Assembly: GCF_963921235.1 (NCBI RefSeq)
Contig: NC_086106.1
Location: forward strand, 81,592,001-81,656,000
Length of the DNA stretch: 64,000 bases
Origin: Mobula hypostoma
Lineage: Eukaryota
Direction of reading: 5' to 3'
Shown piece by piece: positions 48,941 to 62,454 of the stretch (positions are counted from its first letter, which is position 1; each line of letters begins with the position of its first letter). The notes under the pieces were generated by a model, which saw only the letters and a list, made by a program, of their open reading frames with translations, was not told the origin of the DNA and ran no database searches. Both the position numbers and the translations under genes were made by a program.

Positions 48941-51900
48941 AAAAAAATTAGTAATGTGTTAAGGAAATATAGTGAACAAAAGCTTCTGAATGTAGATTAA
49001 AAAGCTATGTAGTTGATATGATGAAATTAGAGACACACTGTGAATTCTTAATCTTCACATAAATATTTCAAGAAGGAAATGTTTGAGGGAAAGGTATGCT
49101 AATTATGATCAAAAGTGCTATCCAGTGACTCAGCACTTGTGACATAAAGTTTGAATGACTGTCAGCATTTAGGTGTACAGTTTGCAGGATAGTATAATTT
49201 CACCTGCAATAAAATAGCCTATTCAGATCTGACTAGACCCATCTTTTTTTGGTATGCTTCCTTCCATATGTCTTTACTATTTGAATGATGGAAATTTCCA
49301 CTTAGTGGAGGTTTGCACATTCCATCTGCTGTCACTGAGGCAAAACTGGGATAGATTTATTGAATCACTACTTATTGAATAGTAATTTGATTGATAATGC
49401 AGTTTGGTTAGTAAGACAAGAACTTTTAATCAACACAAAGTTTATAATGTCTGTTTTTTTAACCATTTGCTAAACTGCTGCAGGCTCCATTTAGCTGCTT
49501 TCATGTGATGGCTGCTTTATGAGTAATTTTGTCCTCTTCTGTACTCACATATTTCTTGGAATATTGACTAACAAACATTATCTGAGCAACTTCAATTTTT
49601 AATCTTTTCTGCTTTGCCATCTGGCCTCATTCACCACCAGGATTCCACTCAGCCATCGTCCATTTAGTTCTGAACCTCTAATAGCATCCTAGACCATCAA
49701 CATCAGAAATTTAAAAAAATGCTTAAATCCCTTACAGCCGTATCTCGCATTCCCCACTATCAATGTTTGGTCTATAGCTTCTCTGGCCCCTATTGCCAGG
49801 CCTGCTCCCACAGACACCTCCCAATTTGCACATCAGGCATCTCCTCGTCTTGACCCAGCCAACAGGATTCACCTGATGCTCATTCCAGACTCATCACCTG
49901 CAGTCTGTCTGACCCCAATACACATCTACAGTCTTGTTTACTCATCCGGGCTCAACCAATTTCTCTCAGCTTTCACTCTCTCTGCCTAAAATTTACCTCG
50001 TTGCCTTTTGTGTTTAGCTTCTGTTCTCTCTTGTCTTGCAGCCCATCATGGCTTGTTTCTTTGCAGTCTATTAATAAAGTTTTCATTCACCACTGAATCA
50101 TTTCCATTGCACTGCTTTTGGGCCAAGCCTCCTCTACATTTCCTGACAGGATGAGTGAACCAGTGATTGACCCAGCAGAGTATGCTCACTTAAAGAAAGT
50201 CATCTGCCAACATGAGCACACGATCCAGAAGCAGCGGGAAATCGTTGACCATCTGTTCGCCATTCTTTTTCAACTCCCCGTCTTGGTGCAGCCATTCTGT
50301 GCCAGTCCGCCTTCTCTTTCTGAGCCCTGTATACCCGTGAACAACCACTTTGATGGATTGCCAGCCTGATTCTCCAACTTCCTGTCCCAGTGTATCTTGC
50401 ACTTCGAGCTCCGGCCGTCTGTATTCTACAGACTGGGCCATGAGTACCTTCCTTATCTCTCTTTTGGCTGGTTGAGCTTTGACCTAGGCCACTGAGACAA
50501 CAAAGCCCCCACTTGCAACAAATAAGAAGATATCACCATCGAGTTGTGTCGGGTTTTCGACCACTTGGGAAGTGGAAGTGAGGCAGCGGATCTGATACTT
50601 AGCTGCATCTTGTGTCATGTTCTGAACTGGATCACACTGTGGAATTCAGGACCCTGATGGCAAAGTTCATCTGGAATGTGGAAGCACTTCTGGCCCATTA
50701 GCATCATGGTCTCTCGGAGTGCTTGAAAGATGAGCTGTTTACCTAGGAGATGCCCATTGACCTTGAAAGGCTCATCATTCTGGCTCTCCAGATCATCAGT
50801 CAGATCCCCTAGTTCTGTTCCCAAGACAATTTTAGGTTGCTGAACCCCATTACCATTGCAACCAGAACACAAACAGTGAGGGAGAACTCCCTTAACCCCC
50901 CCCCTCAACCCAAAGAGCATGAATGTCAGTTGAGAAACAATTTCTGCACCTCACCTACTGTGAAGCAGCTGACCACCAATGCTTCAAATGACCATGGTAT
51001 CCAGGAAAACGGCATCTCCAGGTAGAGACTTGGGGCTTTCTACCGGGCAACATCTCCCTGGCCCTCCGTTCCAGCACCATTGCCATTTCGCTTTATCTCT
51101 CTGTCCTCCTCCACATCAGTTGGCTCTACACAGAGGCTTTGGTGGACTCTGGCGTAGCAGGTAACATTCTGCATTGGACTTTGTGTGTGCAGCTTGAACT
51201 CCCTACCAAACCTATCTCTCGCCCCTTTAACAACACGACCATGGACGGATCTCCCTTGGGGTCGGGGCTGGTCAGAGTTTTCACATGACCTGTGCACGTG
51301 AGCAGCAGAAATCACCGCAAATCCATCCACTTCCTCCTAGTCAACTCACCCAGCTGTTCTCTCATCCTGGGTTATCCTTGGCTCTCTACTCACAACCTTC
51401 ACATCACCTGATCATCCACTGCACTGCTGACTCGGGGACACATCTGCTGGACCACCTGCCTGCAACCTCAGTTGACTTCACCCTGTAAATCTGTGGAAAC
51501 GGAGGAAACCCTCAGTCTCACCAAGCTCCCATAGGAATGTCACGAATTAGTCATTGCCTTCAGTAAGCAGGAAGCCAGCACCTTGCTGCCTCACAGACCA
51601 CACGACTGTGTGATTGATCTTCTCCCGGGCCCCACCCTTTCCATGAGGCCACCTGTTCTCCCTCTCTGCTCCTGAGACCCTAGCCATGGATGACTGTATC
51701 TCCAAAGTGCTACAACATAGCTTCTTTCACGTATCCCAGCCCCAGCCACTGCACGATGCTTGCCAGAATCATCTTGGACCTTGAAAATCAACAGAAAACA
51801 TACAGAATGAGCCTGCTCCGACAACACACCAGCAGCCGTGTGCTCTGATGCCCTGCAGTACCCACTCGTCGCCCCTCTCTGGTCATCCAGGTGCATGATG

Positions 51901-52164
51901 AACTCTGGATTTTCTCTGATTCCCATTCTGCCGGGCCACCATGACTGCAAATGTACATCACTTTGTCTCTGGCTGCCCTCAGTACATCCGGTTGAAATCC
52001 TCCAACCAGCAGGCCTCTGGGCTCCTTTGGTCTCCGCTGGTCCCTCAATGCCCATCATCCCACATCGCAATGGATTTCATTACTTTGCCACCTTCTGATG
52101 GAGCCATGGCAATCATAGCAATTTTGGACTGGTTCTCCAAAGGGGCCTATTTCATTGCCCCTAC

Positions 52165-55150
52165 TGGACCTCAAGAGAGAGAATTTGTAGAATATCTAAG
52201 GGATGGCTTTTCAGAACAGCTTGTTGTTGAGCCCACTAGGGGATCGGCTGTGCTAGATTGGGTGTTTTGCAATGATCCAGAGGTGATAAGAGAGCTTAAG
52301 GTTAAGGAACCCTTCGGGAACAGTGATCACAATATGATCAAGTTCACTTTGAAATTTGAGAAGGAGAAACTAAGTTCTTATGTGTCAGTATTTCAGTGGA
52401 ATAAAGGAAATTACAATGGCATGAGAGGGGAGCTGGCCAAGGTTGACTGGAAAGAGACACTAGCAGGAAGGACAGCAGAGCAGCAATGGCTGGAGTTTCT
52501 GTGAAAAATGACGGAAGTGCAAGACAGATATATTCCAAACAAGAAGAAATTTTTGAATGGGAGAAGGACACTACCATGGCTGACAAGTGAAGTCAGAGCC
52601 AAAGTAAAAGCAAAAGAGAGGGCATACAAGGAAGCCAAAGCCAATGGGAAGATAGAGAATTGAGAAGCTTATAAAAACTTGCAGAAGGAAACTAAGGAAG
52701 TCATTAGGATGGAAAAGATAAATTATGAAAAGAAGTTGGCGACTAGTATCAAAGGAGATGCTAACAGTTTTTTTAAGTATATAAAGGGTAAAAGAGAGTT
52801 GAGGGTAGATATAAGACCAATAGAAAATGATGCTGGAGATATTGTAACGAGAGATGCAGAGATGACGGAGGAACTGAATGCATATTTTGCATCAGTCTTC
52901 ACAGTGGTAGGCATCTGCAGTATACTGAGCATTCAAGGGTGTCAAGAAAGTGAAGTATGTGCAGTGAAAATTACGACTGAAAAGGTGCTCAGGAAGATTA
53001 ATGATCTGAGATTGGATAAATCTCCTGTACCTAATGGAATTAGATTATGAGGACACTCAGTCCTCGTTTATTGTCATTTAGAAATGCATGCATTAAAAAA
53101 TGATACAATGTTCCTCCAGAATGATATCAGAAGAAAAACAGGACAAACCAAGACTAAAACTGACAAAACCACATAATTATAACATATAGTTACAACAGTG
53201 CAAAACAATACCATAATTTGATAAACAGCAGACCATGGGCATGGTTAAAAAAAGTCTCAAAGTCCTGATCGACTCATCATCTAACACAGGCGGCAGAAGG
53301 GAGAGACTCTCCCTGCCATGAACCTCCAAGCGCTGACAACTTGCGGATACATTGGAAGCACCCGACTGCAGCCGACTCAAGTCCATCCGAAAACTTCAAG
53401 CCTCTCACCAGCCCCTCCGATACAGCCTCTCCGAGCACCATCCTCTGCCGAGCGCTTTGACCCTGCCCCAGCTGCTGAGCAACAAGCAAAGCCGAGGACT
53501 CAGGGCCTTCTCCTCTGGAGATTCTGGACAACACAGTAGCAGCAGCAGTGAAGCAGGTATTTCAGAAGTTTCGCCAGATGTTCCTCTATGCTCTCACGTC
53601 CGTCTCCATCAAATCAGGAATACACCCTTGGGTTCTGAAGGAAGTAGCTGGAGAGATTGTGGAGGTATTAACAAAGATTTATCAAGAATCGATAGATTCT
53701 GGCATTGTACCGAATGACTGGAAAATTGCAAATGTTACTCTGCTATTTAGGAAGGGTGGGAGGCAGCAGAAAGGGAACTATAGACCTAATAGCCTGACAT
53801 CAGTGGTTGGGGAGTTGTTCGAATCGATTATTAGGGATGAGATTACAGAGCATCTGGAGGCACATGACAAGATAGGCCAAAGCCAGCATGGTTTCCTGAA
53901 AGGAAAACTCTGCCTAACTAACCTACTGCAATTTTTGAGGAAATTACTAGCATGGTAGATGAAGGAGATGCAGTAGATATGGTGTACTTGGATTTTCAGA
54001 AGGCCTCTGACAAGGTCCCGCACATGAGGCGCTTAGCCATAGAATTATAGGGGAGTTACTAGCATGGGTGGAGCATTGGCTGATTGGCAGAAAACAGAGA
54101 GTAAGAATAAAGGGATCCTATTCTGGCTGGCTGCCGGTTACTAGTGGAGTTCCACAAGGGTCTGTGTTGGGACCACTGCTTTTTACGATGTACAGTATGT
54201 CAATGATTTGGATTATGGGATTAATGGATTTGTGGCTAAATTTGCCGATGATACAAAGATAGGTGGAGGAGTGGATAGTGTTGAAGAAACAGAGAGACTG
54301 CAGAGAGACTTAGATAGTTTAGGGAATGGACAAAGAAGTGGCAAATGAAATACAAGGTTAGAAAGTGTATGGTCATGCACTTTGGTGGAAGAAATAAATG
54401 GGCAGACTATTATTTAGATGATTTAAATGCCGAAATACAAAGGGACTTGGAAGTCCTTGTGCAGGATACCCTAAAGGTTAACCTTCAGGTTGAGTTGGCA
54501 GTGAAGAAGGGAAATGCAATGTTGGCATTCATTTCTAGAGCAGGGATGTGATGTTGAGGCTCCATAAGGCACTTGTGAGACCACACTTAGAGTATTGTGT
54601 GCAGTTTTGGGCTCCTGAATTTAGAAAGGGTATACTGACATTGGAGAGGGTTCAGAGTAGATTCACGAGAATGATTCCAGGAATGAAAGTGTTACCATCT
54701 GAGGAATGTCTGGCAGTGCTTGGGTTGTATTCCCTGGAGTTCAGGAGAATGAGTGGGCATCTCATAGAGAAATTCCGAATGTTAAAAGGCCTGAACAGAT
54801 TAGTTATGGCAAAGTTATTTCCCATGGTAGAGGAGTCCAGGACAAGAGGGAATGACTTCAGGATTGAAGGACGTCCATTTAGAACAGAGATGTGGAGAAA
54901 TTGCTTTAGTCAGAGGGTGGTAATTCTGTGGAATTTGTTGCCATGAGCGGCTGTGGAGGCCAAGTCATTGGGTGCATTTAAGACAGAGATAGATAGGTTT
55001 TTGTTTAGCCAGGGCATCAAAGGGTATGGGGAGAAGGCAGAGGCGTGGGGATGACTGGAAGAATTGGATCAGCCCATGATTGAATGGCGGAGCAGACTCA
55101 ATGGGCCAAATGGCCTACTTCTGCTCCTAATATCTTATGGCCTTAAGGTC
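52165..55150 (+). mobile_element. CR1 LINE, 5'-truncated, inserted in the Gypsy integrase
   Basis: [51 protein letters not shown] and LVRPHLEYCVQFW. Tail is cttatggccttaaggtcttat. Confidence 0.95.
53041..53616 (-). mobile_element. Family B, copy 2 (5'-truncated), inserted in CR1
   Basis: 5-bp TSD ggaat at 53036-53040 and 53617-53621. The host CR1 reads KSPVPNGI|HPWVLKE across the insertion. Confidence 0.9.
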
Positions 55151-56336
55151 TTATCCAGGACAATCAGGGCTGGCTGTAGGGAAGGTATCTTTTCAGACCT
55201 GCTTCCGTTCATACCTCCCAGTCTCCACCCAGCCAGTAGAATTCACCTGTTGCTTGTTCTAGGCTCATCACCTGCAATCTATTTAACCCCATTTCTCATC
55301 CATGGTCCTTGTGCATGCAACGAACCAGTTGGCCTCAACCAGTTGTTCCTAGCTTTTATTCTCTCTACCTAAAGTTTGCCTTGTCACCTCTTGTGTTTAC
55401 TTCCTGTTCTCACTTGTTTCGTGGCTATTCATGGCTTGCTACTTTTGCGGTCTATTATTAAATTTATCATTCACTGCTGAATCTTCTCTGCTGCTCTGAA
55501 GTTGGGTCACGCCTCCTGTACATTTCTTGACACATATCGCCAACCAGTATCATCTGGGGTGTATCTTCCCTCTCTTGACCCACCCTTATGACTCTGACTC
55601 CAACTATTTCATATTTCCACCACGAACACGTCAAATTCTTCATGTCACTATTTGAAGTTAATCACTGACTGTCACTTCTGGTATCTTCATTCTCCTAATG
55701 CCTACAAAGTATTTGGAATTTATTATATTTCAAGTTGCTTACTCATCAAGACATAATTGCAACAAAAGTGGTGTTTTCTGAGGGGTACTGGAGTCACTAT
55801 TGGGTTCCAGTATTGGAGGACTATATTTCACTCTTGTCTATGAAATTGAAGTATACCCTCCTATACCCATGTTATAAAAGTTATTTCTGGGTGCAGCATG
55901 ATGATATGCACTGAGCAAAGTCTGTGTTTACTGATGATGGCATAACAAAAGCCTGAACATATTATCTCAGAGGTGCACACTCATCGTGGATCCAACCCTG
56001 ACTTCTTATTTACAAAGAGTGACTCTCTGAGCATCAAATATTGCTGCAACCTTTGGAAACTGTGGCAAGAGCTCTTCAGTAGCTCACAAAGAGGTCTTCA
56101 ACTGTTCATTGTGTTGTGTATGAATTAACAATATTGCTATCCATCAAGAGTAAAGGGGAAACTTGGGGGATGACGGCAGTTTACATGATTTCATGGCTTC
56201 CTGTATACCATGGGACCTTTCCTCAGGCGTTTATGGATCAAATGGAGTAATATTGGCAGAGGCTACACAACCTCACTGGTGCCTTTGGGAACCTGTATCA
56301 GCTAATCAGAGGGTACAGTGAAAGGCTGTAGACTGA

Positions 56337-57017
56337 GTGGGGAGAAGATGACGGCGTTATGACAGTGCATGCGGCCACTTCAGTGATGAATATCTGTTAT
56401 TTGTCAAGTAGGGGACCGTGCACAATCCTGATTTGATGGAGACCTACGTGAGATCACAGCGGAACATCTGGAAAACTTCTGAAATGACTGCGTTGCTACC
56501 GCTGCTACTGTGTGGTAACTGGAATCTCCAGAACTGAAGGCCCCGAAATCCTCGGCTTTGCATGTTTCAGTGGCTGGGGAGAGGTTGAAGGCGCTCGGCA
56601 GAGGATGGCGCTCGGGAGGCTGTATCGGAGAGGCTGCTTGGAAGCTCGGAGTTTTCGGACAGATAGACTCAGGGTTGGCTGGAGTCGGCTGCTTCCTAGG
56701 TATCGGCAAGTTGATGGTGCCTGGAGGTTTACGGCAGGGAGTTTCTCCCTTTTGCCGTCTGCTGTCGGAGACTCGGGAGTCGATCGACTCGGGACTTTGA
56801 GAGCTTTTTTTTTACTGTGCCTATGGTCTGTTCTTTATCAAATTATGGTATTGCTTTGCACTGCTGTAACTATATGTTATAATTATGTGGTTTTGTCAGT
56901 GTTAGTCTTTGGTCTGTCTGGTTTTCTGTGATATCACTCCAGAGAAACATTATATCATTTCTTAATGCATGTATGCATTTCTAAATGACAATAAAAGAGG
57001 ACCGAGTGTTCTCATAA
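56337..57017 (+). mobile_element. Family B, copy 3
   Basis: Starts gtggggagaagatgacggcg and ends aaatgacaataaaagaggaccgagtgttctcataa. Confidence 0.85.
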
Positions 57018-57999
57018 AGGTGAAGGTGACAGCAGTGCCATGCGTGGAATGCTGTACTCTGTAAGGATAACAACGTCTCAGTTATATTACACCACAACCA
57101 TCTGGGCTGCATAGCTTTAGAACTGTCTCAGTCTGAATCCTGAAGGTTGCACCAGATATGCCTCCAGCCCTTCTTCTGTTTCAAAGACCTTCACAAATCA
57201 TAGTGTCTTGCCCTTTGATTCCCTTGGCCTTGATGGAACTGATGGAAGAATGATGCATTTATGTTTTACAATGCATTAGACATGAACACTATGGAGGCAG
57301 TCATTAGTGAATCAGATGGTTCCCAGATGGGTAATAAATGTGTTTGCACTGAAAATGTATTGTGTCTGAAGAATTATTATGCTGAATGTGGTATCTGCTA
57401 ACAATAGAAGTAGTATCTGGTTATTCAATAGGAACTTTAGGTAATGCAGATAAAAGCATCTTGAGGCCATTTTACATATCTAGGGACAACCATTAATGTG
57501 GAGGATTTAGGAAGAATTTAGCTGGTGAAGTTGTTCAAAGTTGCAGTTTTACCCTTCTTTTTCTGCTTTCCCTCAGTATATCTATCGTTTCTCTTCTACA
57601 GGTGCATTCTGAAAATTCCTTGGTATATGTCTGTGTCAAATGCAGCTCACAATAACTAAATAGCCCTTGTGGTGGCCAGTGTTGATCTCCATAAATTGTA
57701 TCCATATCAATTTATATTGGCAAATGGAAACTCTCATTTATCCCGTTTCTCATTATATTTCAGCTAGGCAGCTGTTTAAGGAAGTAACTGCTACTGAAGT
57801 TCCCGGAGAAAATTAATGCATGAGTCACAAGGTGAATAAATACGTGCACAATGCACTGATTGACAACGAGTCAGTGGCAAAGAGAAATCTAGCGTTCAGC
57901 ACTGAACTAATCTGGCCACCCTTGCAGATTGGTTGCGGACTTTCTTGAAGTACATTGTGTAGCCACAGACTCCTTACCAATTTTAGGTTACACATTAGA

Positions 58000-59420
58000 C
58001 TTTAAGATTATAAGATATGGAAGCTGAATTAGGCCACTTGGCCCATTGAGTTTGCACCACCATTTTCCCTCTCAGCCCCAATCTCCTGCCTTCTCCCCGT
58101 ATCCCTTCATGCCCTGACTAATCAAGAATCTGTCAACCTCCATCTTAAATATATCCAATGACTTGGCCTCCAGAGCCACCTGTGGCAATGAATTCCACAG
58201 ATTCACTGCTCTCTAACTCAAGAAATTCCTCCTCATCTCTGCTCTAAAAGGATGCTTCTTTACTCTGAGGCTGTGTCCTGTGGTCTTAAACTCCCCCACA
58301 TCCTGTAAAGCCTCAATATTACATTCTTGCTTTTATATTCTAGTCCTCTCAAAATGAATGTTAACACCATAATGCCTTCCTCATCAGAGACTCAACCTGC
58401 AAATTAACCTTTAGGGAATCCTGCATGAGAACTCCCAAGTCCCTTTGCACCTCAGTTTTTATGAATTTTCTCTCCATTTAGAAAGCAGTCAACCTTTTTA
58501 TTTCTTTTACTAAAATGCGTAACCATACACTTCCTGACACCATGTTCCAACTGCCACTTCTTTGCCCAAGTCCTCCGGTAGTCTCTCTACCTACCCCTCC
58601 ACCTATCTTCTTGTTGTCCACAAACTTGGCCACAAAGCCATCAAATCCATCATCTAAGGCACCGACATATAACGTAAAAAGAATCGGTCCCAACACAGTC
58701 CCCTGTGGAACACTTCTAGTTACCAGCAGCCAACTAGAAAAGGCTCTCTTTATTCCCACTCTTGGCTCCTGCAATCAGTCAATGCTTTATCCATGCTAGT
58801 ATCTTTCCTTTAATACCATGGGCAACGTTGTCTATCCTGCTTGTTACTTTTTTCCAAGAATTCCAACAGATTTGTCAGGCAAGATATTCCCTTAAGGAAA
58901 CCATGCTGACTATGGCCTATTTCATTTCATGCCTCCAAGTACCCTGAAACCACATCCTTAACAATTGACTCCAACATCTTCCCAAACATTGAGGTCGACT
59001 AGTAGACCTATAATGCCCTTTCTTCTGCCTCTCTCCTTTCTTGAAGAGTGGAATGACATTTGCAATTTTCCATTTCTCTAGAACCATGCTAAAGTCAATG
59101 ATTCCTGAAAGATCATTACTAATGCCTCCACAACCTCTTTAGCCACCTCTTTCTGAACACTGGGGTGTGCACAATCTGGTCCAGGTGACTTATCTACCCA
59201 GGTAATGTTTTCTGAAGCTCCTTCTCCCTAGTAATAGCAACTTCACACACTTCTGTTCCCTGGCACTCCAGCCTGAACCTCCAGCATACTGCTAGTGTCT
59301 TCCAAAGTGAAGACTGATGCAAAATACTTATTCAGTTCATGAGCTATTTCCTTGTCCTCCATTACTACCTCTCCAGCAGCAATTTCCAGTAGTCCAATAC
59401 CTACCCTCGCCTCTCTTTGT
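58000..59420 (-). mobile_element. CR1 LINE, 5'-truncated with internal deletions
   Basis: VPQGTVLGPILF..KFVDNKKIGG, ELNKYFASVFT and a CR1 3' UTR. Confidence 0.9.
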
Positions 59421-59847
59421 ATCGTTGCTAAGGAAGTCAAGATAATTTTTTCTTTTGGTTATAGTATAAATGGAAAACATGCTAGTTATCTACTCTGATA
59501 TTACCTGACCTTTCTGGGTTCCTCCATAAGATGGTCATTGTCCTGATAAATAATAAAATATTAAAAAATCTCAAAGAATTATCTGTTAAAGTATTTAAAA
59601 GTATCAAAAAATAGGTGTAACAAGTACTTTTCATTTATATATGTGAGCCCAATGAATAGAAAAAAGTGAAAAAGAGTCGAAAGAAAAAGCTGAAAATCTG
59701 ACGTCAAGGTCACAGAACAATACGTTAGAATAATGATCCTCTGAGGCATAGGCTAAACACTTAGAATCTCTTTCTGGCATCTATTCAATGATGTGTAGAA
59801 TTTTAAGGCACGGACTTTCTGAACTCTCTCAGCAACCACACTAGTAG

Positions 59848-59981
59848 GCTGGTACAGTGGTACAGCTAGTATGGTTGTGCCTCACACCCACAGTACCAAG
59901 ATTCAATTCAGATCACCAGTGCCGTCCATGGACATTTTTTCTGTGACTGCATTGACTTCCTCCAAGTGCTGGGGGTTCCTT
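59848..59981 (+). mobile_element. 5' half of a tRNA-derived V-SINE, cut by the adjacent CR1
   Basis: A-box-like tggtacagctagt, B-box-like gattcaattc, and ctgtgactgcattgacttcctccaagtgct core. Confidence 0.55.
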
Positions 59982-59984
59982 TAA

Positions 59985-62292
59985 ATAGAACATAGAATAG
60001 TAGAGCACAGTACAAGCCCTTCGGCCCACAATGTTGTGCCGACCCTCAAACCCTGCCTCCCATATAACCCCCCACCTTAAATTCCTCCATATACCTGTCT
60101 AGTAGTCTCTTAAGCTTCACTAGTGTATCTGCCTCCACCACTGACTCAGGCAGTGCATTCCACGCACCAACCACTCTCTGAGTAAAAAACCTTCCTCTAA
60201 TATCCCCCTTCAACTTCCCACCCCTTACCTTAAAGCCATGTCCTCTTGTATTGAGCAATGGTGACATGGAGAAGAGGCGCTGGCTGTCCACTCTATCTAT
60301 TCCTCTTATTATCTTGTACACCTCTATCATGTCTCCTCTCATCCTCCTTCTCTCCAAAGAATAAAGCCCTAGCTCCCTTAATCTCAGATCATAATGCACA
60401 TTCTCTAAACTAGTCAGCATCCTGGTAACTCTCCTCTGTACCCTTTCCAATGCTTCCACATCCTTCCTATAGTGAGGCGACTAGAACTGGACACAGTACT
60501 CCAAGTGTGGCCTAACCAGAGTTTTATAGAGCTGCATCAGTACATCGCGACTCTTAAACTCTATCCCTCGACTTACGAAAGCTAACACCCCATAAGCCTT
60601 CTTAACTACCCTATCCACCTGTGAGGCAACTTTCAGGGATCTGTGGACATGTACCCCCAGATCCCTCTGCTCCTCCACATTACCAAGTATACTGCCATTT
60701 ACTTTGTACTCTGCCTTGGAGTTTGTCCTTCCAAAGTGTACCACCTCACACTTCTCAGGGTTGAACTCCATCTGCCACTTCTCAGCCCACTTCTGCATCC
60801 TATCAATGTCTCTCTGCAATCTTTGACAATCCTCTACACTATCTACAACACCACCAACCTTTGTGTCGTCTGCAAACTTGCCAACCCACCCTTCTACCCC
60901 ACATCCAGGTCGTTAATAAAAATCACGAAAAGTAGTGGTCCCAGAACAGATCCTTGTGGGACACCACTAGTCACAATCCTCCAATCCGAATGTACTCCCT
61001 CCACCATGACCCTCTGCCTTCTGCAAGCAAGCCAATTCTGAATCCACCTGGCCAAACTTCCCTGGATCCCATGCCTTCTAACTTTCTGAATAAGCCTATC
61101 GTGTGGAACCTTGTCAAATGCCTTACTAAAATCCATATAGATCACATCCACTGCACTACCCTCATCTATATGCCTGGTCACCTCCTCAAAGAACTCTATC
61201 AGGCTTGTTAAACACGATCTGCCCTTCACAAAACCATGCTGACTGTCCCTGATCAGACCATGATTCTTTAAATGCCCAGAGATCCTATCTCTAAGAATCT
61301 TTTCCAACAGCTTACCCACCACAGACATAAGGCTCACTGGTCTATAATTACCCGGACTATCTCTACTACCTTTTTTGAACAAGGGGACAACATTCGCCTC
61401 CCTTCAATCCTCCAGTACTATTCCCATGGACAATGAGGACATAAAGATCCTGGCCAGAGGCTCAGCAATCTCTTCCCTCGCCTCGTGGAGCAGCCCAGGG
61501 AATATTCCGTCAGGCCCCAGGGACTTATCTGTCCTAATGTATTTTAACAACTCCAACACCTCCTCTCCCTTAATATCAACATGCTCCAGAACATCAACCT
61601 CACTCATATTGTCCTCACCATCATCAAGTTCCCTCTCATTGGTGAATACCAAAGAGAAGTATTCATTGAGGACCTCGCTCACTTCCACAGCCTCCAGGAA
61701 CATCTTCCCACCTTTATCTCTAATCGGTCCTACCTTCACGCTTGTCATCCTTTTTTCCTCACATTATTGAAGAATGCCTTGGGGTTTTCCTTTACCCTAC
61801 TCGCCAAGGCCTTCTCATGCCCCCTTCTTGCTCTTCTCAGCCTCTTCTTAAGCTCCTTTCTTGCTTCCCTATATTCCTCAATAGACCCATCTGATCCTTG
61901 CTTCCTAAACCTCATGTATGCTGCCTTCTTCCACCTGACTAGATTTTCCACCTCACTTCTCACCCATGGTTCCTTCATCCTACCATTCTTTATCTTCCTC
62001 ACTGGGACAAATTTATCCCTAACATCCTGCAAGAGATCTCTAAACATCGACCACATGTCCATAGTACATTTCCCTGCAAAAACATTATCCCAATTCACAC
62101 CCGCAAGTTCTAGCCTTATAGCCTCATAATTTCCCCTTCCCCAATTAAAAATTTTCCTGTCCTCTCTGATTCTATCCTTTTCCTGAAGGCCAGGGAGCGG
62201 TGGTCACTGTCTCCCAGATGCTCACCCACTGAGAAATCTGTAACCTGACACGGTTCATTACCTAGTACTAGATCTGGTATGGCATTCCCCCT
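59985..62292 (-). mobile_element. CR1 LINE, 5'-truncated, relatively young (RT plus 3' UTR)
   Basis: Long near-intact ORF blocks [27 protein letters not shown] and WQMEFNPEKCEVVHFG. Tail is (ttctatg)n. Confidence 0.96.
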
Positions 62293-62454
62293 TTGCATGA
62301 ATGAATCCAGGTTCTCAAACTGAAGGCACCCTCCAAAGGCTGCATGCAATGAGATGAGTCAAATCTGGCAGCTTGAAGATGGGCATTTATACCAAACTGT
62401 GCAGTGACAGGAGCAGCGGAGATGTACAACACATGTCCCCGTCTTTCTCTAGCA

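Larger units (their letters stand above)
49794..55532 (+). mobile_element. Ty3/Gypsy (sushi-like) LTR element with two LTRs, RT/RNase H largely missing, interrupted by CR1
   Basis: LTRs 49794-50148 and 55191-55532, with TSD cctat/catat. Gag IDPAE..SEPCIPVNNHFDG, protease [25 protein letters not shown], and integrase GHPG..HIAMDFITLPPSDG. Confidence 0.88.

Noticed and set aside
50118-52160. RTL1/PEG10-like domesticated gene
   Set aside because: It has multiple stops and frameshifts and is flanked by LTRs with a TSD.
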